DNA of 62,852 nt, counting the filler, from an uncultured Synergistales bacterium (GTDB taxonomy: Bacteria > Synergistota > Synergistia > Synergistales > Aminobacteriaceae), in NCBI GenBank assembly GCA_937897575.1. It is 5 parts of 5 records of this genome, joined end to end, with 100 filler letters (N's around TTAATTAATTAA, not from the genome) between each part and the next. Parts side by side here need not be neighbours in the genome. Positions count along the whole stretch, not along the records: positions 22,229 to 50,257 come from CALCQG010000132.1; positions 50,358 to 58,374 come from CALCQG010000133.1; 3 more parts are not named here. One strand, written 5' to 3'. A model generated the notes under the pieces. The model was not told the DNA's origin. It saw only the letters and a list, made by a program, of their open reading frames with translations, and did no database searches. The translations under genes and the position numbers were made by a program. Position 1 is the stretch's first letter. Every line of letters begins with the position of its first letter. This document shows positions 42,753 through 52,499 of the stretch, piece after piece.

Positions 42753-44171
42753 TTACAGCAGATAGCGCCGTATGTCGCTGTTCGATACAAGCTCCCCAAG
42801 CCGTTCCCGAATGAAATCCCCCTCGACGGTCACCTCCTTCCGTGCGTCCTCCGGGGCTCCGTAGCTGATGTCCTCCAGGAGGTGCTCCATCATGGTGTGC
42901 AGCCGCCGGGCACCTATGTTCTCCATCTCGGCGTTCATCTTCTCGGCCATACGGGCGATCTCCTCGACGGCCTCCGGCGTGAACCGGAGCGTCACGCCCT
43001 CCGTTGCGAGCAGGGCCTCGTACTGCCGAAGCAGGCTGTTTTCGGGCTCCACGAGAATGCGCGCAAGGTCGCCGCCCGTCAGCGGCTGAAGCTCCACCTG
43101 GATGGGAAAGCGCCCCTGAAGCTCGGGCACCAGGTCCGAGGGCTTGACGGCGGAGAAGGCTCCGGCGGCGATGAAGAGCACGTGGTCCGTCTTCACCGTG
43201 CCGTACTTCGTCTGGACGGGCGACCCCTCCACGATGGGGAGGAGATCTCGCTGGACGCCCTCCCGGCTCACATCGGGCCCGCTGCCTCCGCCCCGTGCCA
43301 CGATCTTGTCCAGCTCGTCAAGGAAGACGATGCCCTCCTCCTGCGCTTTGTCCAGGGCCTCTCTCGTCACGGCATCCATGTCCACGAGCTTCTCCGCCTC
43401 CTCGGCCTGGAGAAGGCGCCGCGCCTCGGAGACCTTCACCCTGCGGCGCTTGGTCTTCTTGGGCAGCAACCCCCCGAGCATGTCGCCCAGGTTCATGCCC
43501 ATGGAGTCCATGCCCGCACCCCCGAGAACGGGGATGCCCATGGTCTGGGACTCCGTGACGTCGATCTCCACCTCGCGGTCGTCAAGCTTGCCCTGCTGAA
43601 GCAGGGTCACGAGCTTCCGGCGGGTGCCCTCCCGCTTCGCCTCCTCCTCGGGGCGCGCGGGCGGCTCCTGGGAGTCGCTCTCCGACGAGGCGCCCCCGAA
43701 GATCTTCATGAAGTCCGGCATGGACGGCCGACGTTCGGTTCTGGGGAGCATGGCGTCCGCCAGACGCTGCTCCGCCCGCTCCGCCGCCGGTCCCTGCACG
43801 GTCTCCATCATCCGCTTCTTCACCATGGACACCGACGCCTCCACGAGGTCGCGGACGATGGACTCCACATCCCGCCCCACGTAGCCGACCTCGGTGAACT
43901 TCGTGGCCTCCACCTTCACGAAGGGCGCCTGAACGAGGTCCGCGAGGCGGCGGGCGATCTCCGTCTTGCCCACGCCCGTCGGCCCTACCATGAGGATGTT
44001 CTTCGGCGCCACCTCTTTCGCCATCTCGGCGGGCAGCCTACGGCGGCGGACGCGGTTCCGGAGGGCTATGGCCACGGACTTCTTCGCCCTGCCCTGCCCC
44101 ACGATATACCGGTCGAGATACGCCACAATCTGTCGTGGTGTGAGGTCCATGGTCTCCCGTTCGTCCGTCAT
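42753..44171 (-). CDS. hslU: HslUV protease ATPase subunit
   Basis: LTPRQIV, GPTGVGKTEIARR, GVQRDLLP, ENIGARRL. Confidence 0.97.
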   Translation of the reverse strand: MTDERETMDLTPRQIVAYLDRYIVGQGRAKKSVAIALRNRVRRRRLPAEMAKEVAPKNILMVGPTGVGKTEIARRLADLVQAPFVKVEATKFTEVGYVGRDVESIVRDLVEASVSMVKKRMMETVQGPAAERAEQRLADAMLPRTERRPSMPDFMKIFGGASSESDSQEPPARPEEEAKREGTRRKLVTLLQQGKLDDREVEIDVTESQTMGIPVLGGAGMDSMGMNLGDMLGGLLPKKTKRRRVKVSEARRLLQAEEAEKLVDMDAVTREALDKAQEEGIVFLDELDKIVARGGGSGPDVSREGVQRDLLPIVEGSPVQTKYGTVKTDHVLFIAAGAFSAVKPSDLVPELQGRFPIQVELQPLTGGDLARILVEPENSLLRQYEALLATEGVTLRFTPEAVEEIARMAEKMNAEMENIGARRLHTMMEHLLEDISYGAPEDARKEVTVEGDFIRERLGELVSNSDIRRYLL

Positions 44172-44701
44172 TCGCCTATGGCCTCCACGGTGACCACGCT
44201 GTCGGTGTAGATGCATATCTGGGAGGCGATCTCGATGGACCGCCGCGCGATCTTCGACGGGCCCCAGTCGCAGCTCTCGAGGTAGGCCAGGGCCGCAGCC
44301 CTCGCGTAACCCGACCCCGACCCGATGGAGGCCACGTTGTCCTCGGGTTCCAGGATGTCGCCCGCGCCCGAGAGCAGCAGGGTGCACTTCTCGTCGGCCA
44401 CGAGCATCATGGCCTCGAGCCGCCGGAGCATTCGGTCCGTCCGCCACTCCTTCACGAGGGCGACGGAGGAGCGCATGAGGTCGCCGGAGTTTTGCCCGAG
44501 CCTGTTCTCGAACAGCTCGAGGAGCGTCATTGCATCGGCCGTGCTGCCGGCGAACCCGGCGAGAACGTCGCCCTTGTGAAGCCGGCGAACCTTCTTCGCA
44601 CCGGCCTTGATGATCTGCGTGTCGAGGGTGACCTGTCCGTCCCCCGCCATGGCCACTGCCGCGCCTCGGCGCACGCAGACGATAGTCGTTCCCTTAAACA
44701 T
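44168..44701 (-). CDS. hslV: HslUV protease subunit
   Basis: TTIV, GDGQVT, GFAGSTADA, IGSGSGYA. Confidence 0.97.
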   Translation of the reverse strand: MFKGTTIVCVRRGAAVAMAGDGQVTLDTQIIKAGAKKVRRLHKGDVLAGFAGSTADAMTLLELFENRLGQNSGDLMRSSVALVKEWRTDRMLRRLEAMMLVADEKCTLLLSGAGDILEPEDNVASIGSGSGYARAAALAYLESCDWGPSKIARRSIEIASQICIYTDSVVTVEAIGE

Positions 44702-45599
44702 GTCCTTCCGACTCCCCTTTCGCCCTGGGGTGCGCCCTCTCGTAGCTCGCCTTCAGGTGCTCCACGCTGACCAGGAGGTACTGCTGCGTCGTGAGCAGGC
44801 TCTCGTGGCCGAGGAACTCCTGGAGGACGCGCAGAGATGCCCCGCCCTCGAGCATGTGCGTCGCAAAGCTGTGCCGCAGGACGTGCGGGGTCACCCCCGT
44901 CACCCCGGCCTTCCGGGACGCCCGGAGGACCACCCGGTGGACGGAGCGCACCGCGATGGCCCCGCCCCTCTGCCCCGGAAAGACGTACTGTCCTCCGGGC
45001 GAGACATCCCGCCATCGGAGAAGGGCCTCTCGGGCGCACCGTCCGAAGGGGACGATCCGCTCCTTGCCGCCCTTGCCCATGACCCTCGCCATCCGTTCGT
45101 CCAGGTCCACCGCGCTCCACTCCAGGGCGGACAGTTCGGCGATCCGGAGGCCGCATCCGTAGAGCAGTTCGAGAATAGCCCGGTCCCGCGCCTCGTCGTC
45201 CCCCACGGTTCCGACGGTCACGAGCCGTTCCGCCGCCTCCCGGGAGAGGGCTTTCGGAAGCCTGGCGGGGAGCTTCGGTCCCCTGATCTCCTTCGCCGGG
45301 TCCCTGGCCACGACCCCCTTCCCCTTCAGGAAGGCGAACCAGCTCCGAACGGAGGACAGCTTTCGCGCCGACGACGACTTCGCATACCCATACCCCATGA
45401 CCGCCCGAAGCCAGGATCGGATCACGTGTGCATCCACGTCCCCTGGCTTTGAAATCCCCTGATTTTCCAGATACTCAGAAAACTGGGCGAGATCGACCGA
45501 GTAATTGGTCACCGTATGGGAAGAGGCTTCCTTTTCAAAACGAAGATGGTCGAGAAATTGATCGACATAGTACGATATTGTCTCCGGCATGCTGAACAT
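44694..45599 (-). CDS. xerC: Tyrosine recombinase XerC/CodV
   Basis: RDRAILELLYGCGLR, GKGGKER, HVLRHSFATH, LGH, TTQQY; gid-xerC-hslVU-codY synteny. Confidence 0.9.
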   Translation of the reverse strand: MFSMPETISYYVDQFLDHLRFEKEASSHTVTNYSVDLAQFSEYLENQGISKPGDVDAHVIRSWLRAVMGYGYAKSSSARKLSSVRSWFAFLKGKGVVARDPAKEIRGPKLPARLPKALSREAAERLVTVGTVGDDEARDRAILELLYGCGLRIAELSALEWSAVDLDERMARVMGKGGKERIVPFGRCAREALLRWRDVSPGGQYVFPGQRGGAIAVRSVHRVVLRASRKAGVTGVTPHVLRHSFATHMLEGGASLRVLQEFLGHESLLTTQQYLLVSVEHLKASYERAHPRAKGESEGHV

Positions 45600-45746
45600 T
45601 TTACCACTTTTTTCTACTTACTCAACACTTTTCGGAAGAATCTCTCGATGAATCGCTTCGTCTCGTCACTCACTCACATTACGGCGCAGAACAGCGCGCT
45701 TCAAAGTAATTTTTCCTATTTGCAAAGAGAAATTTATGATAATAAT

Positions 45747-47065
45747 TTATTGCCGAAATGTCCAGCCCAAAATCTCGAGGTGGGGAAGAAATTCGGCCCA
45801 CGCGGCCTCGGCCCTCTGGGCCACCAGCTCGCACCGCTGGACCTTGTTCCGGATCTTCCGGTCGAGGGGAGGGAATATCCCGAGGTTCACGTTCATGGGG
45901 TTGAAGTGTCCGGCCTGAGCATCGGAGAGGTAGTGCATGAGAGAGCCGATGGCCGTAGCCCTTGGCCACGGCGGAAAGGGGGCGTCTCTGAGGAGGGCCG
46001 TCATGCCGGCGGCGGCGACGCACCCCATGGCCGTGCTCTCCACGTACCCCTCAACGCCGGTGATCTGACCGGCGAGGAAGAGGTCCCTCCGTCCGTCCCT
46101 GAAGCGGAGGCAGGGGTCGAGCACTGCGGGCGCGTTGACGTAGATGTTCCGGTGCATGACGCCGAACCGGGCTCGAGGCCGGGGATCATGCGGAAGACCC
46201 GCTCCTGCTCCCCCCAGCGAAGGCTCGTCTGGAAGCCCACGAGGTTGTAGAGCGTCCCCTCCCTGTTGTCCTGCCGGAGCTGGACGACGGCGTAGGGTTC
46301 CCGGTCCGTGCCCGGTTCGGGAAGCCCCACGGGGCGCATGGGCCCGAAGCGGAGGGTGTCCTTGCCCCGTCCGGCCATGACCTCCACGGGCAGGCAGCCC
46401 TCGAACCACGACGGCGAGTCCTCGAAATCGTGGGGCAGAACCCGCTCCGCGGCGACGAGGGCCGTCACGAAGGCCTCGTACCGCTCCCTGTCGAGGGGGC
46501 AGTTGATGTAGTCGCCCTCCTGTCCCCAGCGCCCCTTCCGGTAGGCTCTCGTCATGTCGATGGAGTCCGACGTGACGACGGGGGCGATGGCGTCGAAGAA
46601 GGAGAGATAGGCCGAGCCGGCCATGGCCTTGAGCTCTTCGGCGAGCGCGGGCGCCATCAGGGGGCCCGCGGCCACGATCACCGGCCCCTGGGGCAGGGTC
46701 GTGCACTCCTCACGGACCACGGTGATCAGGGGGGAAGACTCGATCCGCTCCGTCACGAGGGCGGCGAAGACCTCCCGGTCCACGGCGAGGGCCTTGCCCG
46801 CGGGGACCCGGCTCTCGTCGGCGCACCGGAGGATGAGGCTCCCCAGAGAGCGGAGCTCCCGCTTCAGGATGCCTGCCGGCGAGGACGTGCCGTCGGCTCC
46901 CAGGGAGTTGCTGCACACGATCTCCGCCAGACGGTCCGTCCGATGGGCCGGCGTCATGGTGTGAGGGCGCATCTCGTAGAGCCGGACGGGGATGCCCCGG
47001 CCGGCGAGCTGCCAGGCGGCCTCGCTGCCGGCCAGGCCGCCGCCGATGATCGTGACCTCAGGCAT
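45747..47065 (-). pseudogene. trmFO: tRNA U54 methyltransferase TrmFO split by a frameshift near 46170 (pseudogene or assembly error)
   Basis: N-part [12 protein letters not shown]...NLVGFQT...RMIPGLE in one frame; C-part ARFGVMHRN...[13 protein letters not shown] in another. Confidence 0.85.
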
Positions 47066-49490
47066 CGTCTTCTCTGTCGCCTTCCTCGACGTGCCCGCAC
47101 TTCGGGCACTTCTGGCCGCCCTTCCTGCCCGTCGTCACCATGGGCGCTCCGCACTCGGGGCACTGCGCCCCCGAGGGCGGGTTCCAGGAGACGAAGTCGC
47201 AGTCGGGGTACCGCGAGCACCCGTAGAAGGTCCGGCCCTTCCTGCTCTTCCGCCGGACCACGTCGCCCTCGCCGCAGAGGGGGCATCTGACTCCCGTCTT
47301 GACGAGGACGGGCTGGGTGTGACGGCACTCCGGGTAGCCGCTGCAGGCGATGAATTCGCCGAAGCGCCCCGACTTCAGAAGAAGGGGCTTGCCGCACTTC
47401 GGGCAGAGCTCGCCCGTGGGCTTCGGTGCCGGGGCGGGGACCGACGGGGCCTTCTCCGCCCCCTCCACGGTCTTCGTGAAGTCCCGCCAGAAGGCGTCGA
47501 GAAGGGCGATCCACTGGCTCTTCCCCTCCTCCACGTCGTCGAGGCTCTCCTCCATTCGGGCGGTGAACCCCGTGTCCACGATGGCCGACGAACTCCCGCC
47601 GTCGAAGTACCTCTGCAGGAAGCCGTCCACCACATCGCCCAGGGCCGTCGGGGCGAGACGGCGTTCCTCGTTCCGCACCACGTACCCCCGGTCGTAGAGG
47701 GTCTCCACGATGGTGGCGTAGGTGGACGGGCGCCCCACGCCCTCGTCCTCGAGGACCTTGATGAGGGACGCCTCGGAGTACCTGGCCGGCGGACGGGTGA
47801 ACTTCTGCTCCTTCTGGATGTCCTGAACGGCGAGGACCTCTCCCTTCTTCGCCGGGGCGAGGGACTCACCCTTGAGGTCCAGAGGCCAGAGCAGGCTCCA
47901 GCCCGGGAACACCAGGGTCTCGCCGAGCTGGCGGAAACCGGCCCGCCCCGCCGCGGCGGTCAGCGTGGCGTTGGCCACGATGGCGGGCTTCATCTGGGAG
48001 GCCAGGAAGCGCTTCCATATGAGGGTGTAGAGCTTCATCTGATCTGCCGTGAGGACCCCTTCGAGGCCCTCGGGGGCCAGGTCCACGTGCGTGGGGCGGA
48101 TGGCCTCGTGGGCGTCCTGGGAGCGCCCCTTCGCCGCGTACTGGTTCGCCGTCGCCGGAACCACGTCGGCCGAGTAGCGGGACCGGATGTAGGCCCGGCA
48201 CTTCTCCTGGGCTTCTGGGGCAATTCTCAGGCTGTCGGTCCGCATGTAGGTGATGAGACCCGTGGAGCCCCGTCCCGGGAGGGAGACGCCCTCGAAGAGC
48301 TCCTGGGCGATGCGCATTGTCCGGCGGGGGGACATGCCGATCCGCCGTGCCGCCTCCTGCTGGAGCGTGCTGGTCTTGAAGGGTGCGGGGGCCGTGCGGG
48401 AGCTCTCCCGAACCTTGAAGTCCGTGACGGTGAGTTCGCTCCCCTCGAGCTCCTTCACCAGGGCCGCGACGATCTCCTCGGAGTTGATGAGGAGGGACTT
48501 GCCCTCCTTCCAGAGGGACTTGCCGTCCAGACTGTCGGCCCTGAGGGTGTAGACCCGGCCGTCGGAGGAGGCGGCCGTCACGGTCACGATCCAGTAGGCC
48601 GCGGGGACGAAGTCCCGGATCTCCTTCTCCCGAGCGCACACGAGGGCCAGGGCCACGGACTGGACCCGGCCCGCGGACAGGCCTCTCCGGATCTTCTTCC
48701 AGAGGAGGGGGCTCAGGGTATAGCCCACGAGGCGGTCGAGGATGCGCCGCGCCTGCTGGGCCTCCACCTTGTTCATGTTCACCTCTTCGGGGCGCTGTAT
48801 GGCCTCTTTCACCGCCTCGGCGGTGATCTCGTAAAAGCGGACGCGGCACGGCGAGTCCGGCGGGATGTCCAGAATCTCGCAGAGGTGCCAGGCGATGGCC
48901 TCCCCCTCCCGGTCGGGGTCCGACGCGAGCAGGACTTTCGATGCCGTCTTCGCGGCGGCCGCGAGCTCGTTCTTCACCTTGGCCTTACCCTTGACGATGA
49001 TGTACTCCGGCGCGAAGTTCTTGGCCACGTCGATGCCGAGCCGGCTCTTCGGCAGGTCGCGCACGTGCCCGACGCTCGACTTGACGGTGTACTTCGGTCC
49101 CAGGATCTTGGAGAGGGTCTTGGCCTTCGTGGGGGACTCCACCACGACGAGGGTCCGGCCCGCGCTGGCGTCCGGCGCCGCTTTGGAGGGTGTTTTTTTT
49201 GCCGCCGGCGTCCGCTTCGCGGACGGGGCTGCCTTGGACGTCTTCGCAGCCCTTCCGGTTCCAGCGGTCGCGGTCTTTGCGGCCCCCGTCTTCGTTGTTT
49301 TGCTGGTTTTAGTGGTTTTTGTGGTTTTGGCCGATTTCGCGGGCGTGGAGGCTTTGACCTTCTGCCCGTCGGATGGGGTCTTCCCGGTCTGCGCCGCGGT
49401 CGTCGTCTTGGCGGTTTTCGCCGCCCTCTTCGGCGTTGTCGCCTTCACTTCGTCCGAAGGCGCGGCGGCAGCGGCCGTTTTTTTTGCCAT
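47058..49490 (-). CDS. topA: DNA topoisomerase I with Lys/Ala/Thr-rich N-terminal tail and C-terminal Zn ribbons
   Basis: [32 protein letters not shown], three CxxC ribbons. Confidence 0.96.
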   Translation of the reverse strand: MAKKTAAAAAPSDEVKATTPKRAAKTAKTTTAAQTGKTPSDGQKVKASTPAKSAKTTKTTKTSKTTKTGAAKTATAGTGRAAKTSKAAPSAKRTPAAKKTPSKAAPDASAGRTLVVVESPTKAKTLSKILGPKYTVKSSVGHVRDLPKSRLGIDVAKNFAPEYIIVKGKAKVKNELAAAAKTASKVLLASDPDREGEAIAWHLCEILDIPPDSPCRVRFYEITAEAVKEAIQRPEEVNMNKVEAQQARRILDRLVGYTLSPLLWKKIRRGLSAGRVQSVALALVCAREKEIRDFVPAAYWIVTVTAASSDGRVYTLRADSLDGKSLWKEGKSLLINSEEIVAALVKELEGSELTVTDFKVRESSRTAPAPFKTSTLQQEAARRIGMSPRRTMRIAQELFEGVSLPGRGSTGLITYMRTDSLRIAPEAQEKCRAYIRSRYSADVVPATANQYAAKGRSQDAHEAIRPTHVDLAPEGLEGVLTADQMKLYTLIWKRFLASQMKPAIVANATLTAAAGRAGFRQLGETLVFPGWSLLWPLDLKGESLAPAKKGEVLAVQDIQKEQKFTRPPARYSEASLIKVLEDEGVGRPSTYATIVETLYDRGYVVRNEERRLAPTALGDVVDGFLQRYFDGGSSSAIVDTGFTARMEESLDDVEEGKSQWIALLDAFWRDFTKTVEGAEKAPSVPAPAPKPTGELCPKCGKPLLLKSGRFGEFIACSGYPECRHTQPVLVKTGVRCPLCGEGDVVRRKSRKGRTFYGCSRYPDCDFVSWNPPSGAQCPECGAPMVTTGRKGGQKCPKCGHVEEGDREDDA

Positions 49491-49501
49491 GGCGGACCTC
49501 C

Positions 49502-49822
49502 TCAGCACACCAGGCTGCCGGAGGGGGAGATCATCTCCGACTCCGAGCCCGGAAATTCGAAGGAGCGATCGTCCAGGAGGGCCTCCACGAGGACCTCGAA
49601 GAGCTGGCCGTCCACCGAGGCGTTCCGGAGCTGCCCGAGGGTGACGGCCTCCTGGATGGCCCGTTCGATGAGCTTCATGGGGAGCTCCTCGGAGGCGATA
49701 TACCGATAGGCGATGCCTTGGGCCTCGCAGGTCAGATAGCGTCGCTCGCTGTCGTGCAGCACTCTGCGGAGGACGTAGGGGCTTTCCACGTTTGCGGATG
49801 CGGCGTGCTTCTCTTTCAGCAT
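49502..49822 (-). CDS. Short Smg/DUF494-like protein
   Basis: RVLHDSERRYLTCEAQG resembles the Smg C-terminal half; located between dprA and topA. Confidence 0.6.
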   Translation of the reverse strand: MLKEKHAASANVESPYVLRRVLHDSERRYLTCEAQGIAYRYIASEELPMKLIERAIQEAVTLGQLRNASVDGQLFEVLVEALLDDRSFEFPGSESEMISPSGSLVC

Positions 49823-49851
49823 ATCTCCACCAGGACCTTTCTGTGCGTTGT

Positions 49852-50257
49852 TTATTCCGGAACGGCGCTCCACCGTCCCGGTCCGGACGAGAAGACGTAC
49901 CCCGATGCGGCAAGGGTCGCAAGAGCCGAGAAAACGTCAGCGGGAGTCATTGTACCCTCAATGGCAAGGTTGTCAACCGTCTTCTCCCCTTTTTCCCTCA
50001 GAATGGCGAGAAGGACGCCTTCGTTCGCCGTCATGGGCGCGTCACGCACCTCGCCGCCGAAGAGGGAGAGCTGCCCTCCTCCGAGGCCGGCGAAATCCGC
50101 GACGGAGACCAACGGGTGCGCTCCGTCGAAGAGCAGGCGGTTGGACCCGGCGCAGATGTCCTCCGTGATCCGTCCCGGCACGGCCCAGACCTCCCGGCCG
50201 TACTCCAGGGCGAAACGGGCGGTGCTCATGGCTCCGCTCCGCATGGGCGCCTCAACG
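49852..50257 (-). CDS. dprA: DNA-processing protein DprA, 5' truncated
   Basis: RSGAMSTA, GREVWAVPG, GSNRLLFDGA, C-terminal winged helix. Confidence 0.9.
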
Positions 50258-50357
50258 NNNNNNNNNNNNNNNNNNNNNNNNNNNNNNNNNNNNNNNNNNN
50301 NTTAATTAATTAANNNNNNNNNNNNNNNNNNNNNNNNNNNNNNNNNNNNNNNNNNNN
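50258..50357. other. Artificial contig linker
   Basis: N runs with TTAATTAATTAA. Confidence 0.97.
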
Positions 50358-50358
50358 G

Positions 50359-50553
50359 GCCTACTTCCTCGAGCGCTTTCGCTCCCACAGCTTCACCGTG
50401 ACGTCCATGGCCTTCCAGGACGCCGGCAATCTCGACCTGGAGCGGTTGAGACAGTGCAGCCTCCACGTCTATGACGACGGGAGACTGGTCCCCTTCTGCG
50501 CCCGGTACCTCACGGCCTGGGGCGGGGGGGCGCGCCCGACGCCATCCGCTTGA
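50359..50553 (+). CDS. C-terminus of a radical SAM protein (TrsS-like), absent from ORF track
   Basis: Translates AYFLERFRSHSFTVTSMAFQDAGNLDLERLRQCSLHVYDDGRLVPFCARYLT...stop; MAFQD..NLDLERL..C..H....GRLVPFC is a recognisable radical SAM C-terminal motif. Confidence 0.8.
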   Translation, partial: AYFLERFRSHSFTVTSMAFQDAGNLDLERLRQCSLHVYDDGRLVPFCARYLTAWGGGARPTPSA

Positions 50554-51814
50554 CGGACGACGGCCGGCTCGCCTGGCGCTCTGTGAAACGGACGTCGACG
50601 AACTCGTCAAGGCGGCGCCCCGACGGCGGGAGGATCGTCCGGAGGAGGGCCTTCACCTCTTCTATCCGCTGGGGCGGGTCCTTGACTCCGCCCGGGGCGT
50701 AGAGGGCGAGGACGATCCGCCCCTCCTCGACGGCGGCGGCGTAGTCCCCGAGCCAGGGCAGGGCGAAGAGCGCCTCGTCGAGGCGAGCCAGGGGGAGAAA
50801 ACCGCCGCCCGCCAGGGCGACCCCGTTCCCGATCCGCCCCGTGACGGCCACGCGCCGGATCTCGGACCCGCAGGGGCACCGCCCCCGAAGGATCCGACCG
50901 CCGTCCCCCGTGCGGTACCGCAGCAGGGGCGTCCCCTCGGCCGCGAGGGTGGTGACCAGGATCTCTCCCCACCGGCCCGGGGGCAGAGGGTGCCCCGTGA
51001 CGAGGTCCGCCACCTCGAAGAAGAAGTGCCCCTCCATGACGTGAAACCCGCTCTTCGCCTCGCACTCCAGGGCCCCGCCGTAGCCGAGCTCCGTGAGGGC
51101 GTAGTGTCGCATGACCAGGCAGCCCCAGGCGTCCGAGACGGCACGGACGAGGCGCTCCGCCGCGAAGTCGGCGCAGAGGAGGACGGACTGCACCCCCCGG
51201 GCGAGATGGGCCGATGGGTGGCGGGCCAGGCACAGAATCTGGGCGGGCAGGCCGGCAAGGCAGTCGGGGGCGAAGGAGGCGACCTCCTCGAGGATGGCCT
51301 TTTCGTCGGGCAGGGGCCACAGGCAGTTGCACCGAATGCCGTCCAGTGCCAGGCTTTTCCGCAGCAGGTCGCCGATGCTCCCCGGGCGCTCCCAGGGCAG
51401 GAGGACGAGGACCCTCCCTCCGGGGCGGACGAAGGAGGACATGCCCACCCGGAAGATATCCATGGTCCGCGCCAGGTCCCGCTCCGTGAAGAAGATCCGC
51501 TTCGCCGCCCCCGTGGTGCCCGAGGTGGGCAGGGTGACGATGCGCTCCACGGCCTCCTGGGGCGCGGCGAGGAGAGCCATGGGGTCCGCGGCGAGGTCAC
51601 CGGGGTCCGTGACGGGCAGCGCGCCGTAGTCGCGAAGGGAGCGGGGGAAGTCCTCGGGGAAGGGGGCAAGGCGCGCTCCGTAGAAGGGGCTGCTCGTCCG
51701 GGCGCGCTCCAGGGTCCTTCGCAGAGCCGAAAGGGCATGACGGGAGAGGGCCCGCCGCGTCATGGGCAGGCCCGTCAAGGAGGCGATCCAGTCGTCCAGG
51801 GGGGTCTTCTTCAT
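50510..51814 (-). CDS. Phenylacetate-CoA-ligase-like AMP-dependent ligase (DVU_1553-like)
   Basis: TSGTTGAAKR, HYALTE, TPLLRYRTGD. Confidence 0.85.
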   Translation of the reverse strand: MKKTPLDDWIASLTGLPMTRRALSRHALSALRRTLERARTSSPFYGARLAPFPEDFPRSLRDYGALPVTDPGDLAADPMALLAAPQEAVERIVTLPTSGTTGAAKRIFFTERDLARTMDIFRVGMSSFVRPGGRVLVLLPWERPGSIGDLLRKSLALDGIRCNCLWPLPDEKAILEEVASFAPDCLAGLPAQILCLARHPSAHLARGVQSVLLCADFAAERLVRAVSDAWGCLVMRHYALTELGYGGALECEAKSGFHVMEGHFFFEVADLVTGHPLPPGRWGEILVTTLAAEGTPLLRYRTGDGGRILRGRCPCGSEIRRVAVTGRIGNGVALAGGGFLPLARLDEALFALPWLGDYAAAVEEGRIVLALYAPGGVKDPPQRIEEVKALLRTILPPSGRRLDEFVDVRFTERQASRPSSVKRMASGAPPRPRP

Positions 51815-51822
51815 CGGGCGCG

Positions 51823-52284
51823 TCAGGAGGGGAGCTCTCGGCCCTCCATGGGGTCGATGCCCTCGGCCTGGAGAAGCTCCATGCACCGGCCCCAGACGGA
51901 GCGGACGAGGAAGCCGCACTTCGATCGGCCGTGGACATCGAGAATGTCGCCGCACTTCGTGCTGTTGCAGTCGGAGCAGGGTTCGTCGCGGAACCACTCC
52001 ACGAGGCGGCGGACCATCATTCGGAACATGTCATGCTCCCGCTCCCCGTCCATGCCCTTGCCGCAGTAGAAGCCGAGGACGCAGGCCCCGCCGAGGAGGG
52101 CCCCGCAGGTCTCGTTGCTGTGCCCGAGGCCGAGGGCGACGCCGCCCATGGCCCGGATCAGGTCGGGGTTCTCCCGGCCCGTCTGCTGCAGGGCCAGCAG
52201 CAGCAGGACTTGGCTGCAGTGGTAGCCCCGCCCCTCCAGGGCCATGAGCTCCATCTGAAAGTCGTCGAGGTCGAAGGATTCCAT
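51823..52284 (-). CDS. C-GCAxxG-C-C family redox protein (DVU_1555-like)
   Basis: GYHCSQ, TCGALLGG, later Cys residues. Confidence 0.82.
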   Translation of the reverse strand: MESFDLDDFQMELMALEGRGYHCSQVLLLLALQQTGRENPDLIRAMGGVALGLGHSNETCGALLGGACVLGFYCGKGMDGEREHDMFRMMVRRLVEWFRDEPCSDCNSTKCGDILDVHGRSKCGFLVRSVWGRCMELLQAEGIDPMEGRELPS

Positions 52285-52286
52285 GA

Positions 52287-52499
52287 TCACTTGTCCTCCA
52301 GAATTTTTTCCACGTCGAGCATCTTGCCCATGGCCAGCTCCTCGGGGACGAGGACCATGCCGCAGGACGGGCAGGCGGGCAAATCGACGGTGAAAACGCT
52401 GCCCAGATAGGTAATCTCCGTCTTCGTCGGCTCCAGTGGGCAGCGGCACCTCGTACAGGTCACGCCCGCGTACTTCTCCAAGTCCACAAGGGCCGTCAT
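52287..52499 (-). CDS. Small double-CxxC protein (DVU_1557-like)
   Basis: CTRC...YLGSVF.VDLPACPSCG...EELAMGKM..VE..LEDK. Confidence 0.78.
   Translation of the reverse strand: MTALVDLEKYAGVTCTRCRCPLEPTKTEITYLGSVFTVDLPACPSCGMVLVPEELAMGKMLDVEKILEDK

Noticed and set aside
44694..45599. Tyrosine recombinase as a prophage or island integrase
   Set aside because: Housekeeping gid-xerC-hslVU-codY context; no att sites or phage genes seen
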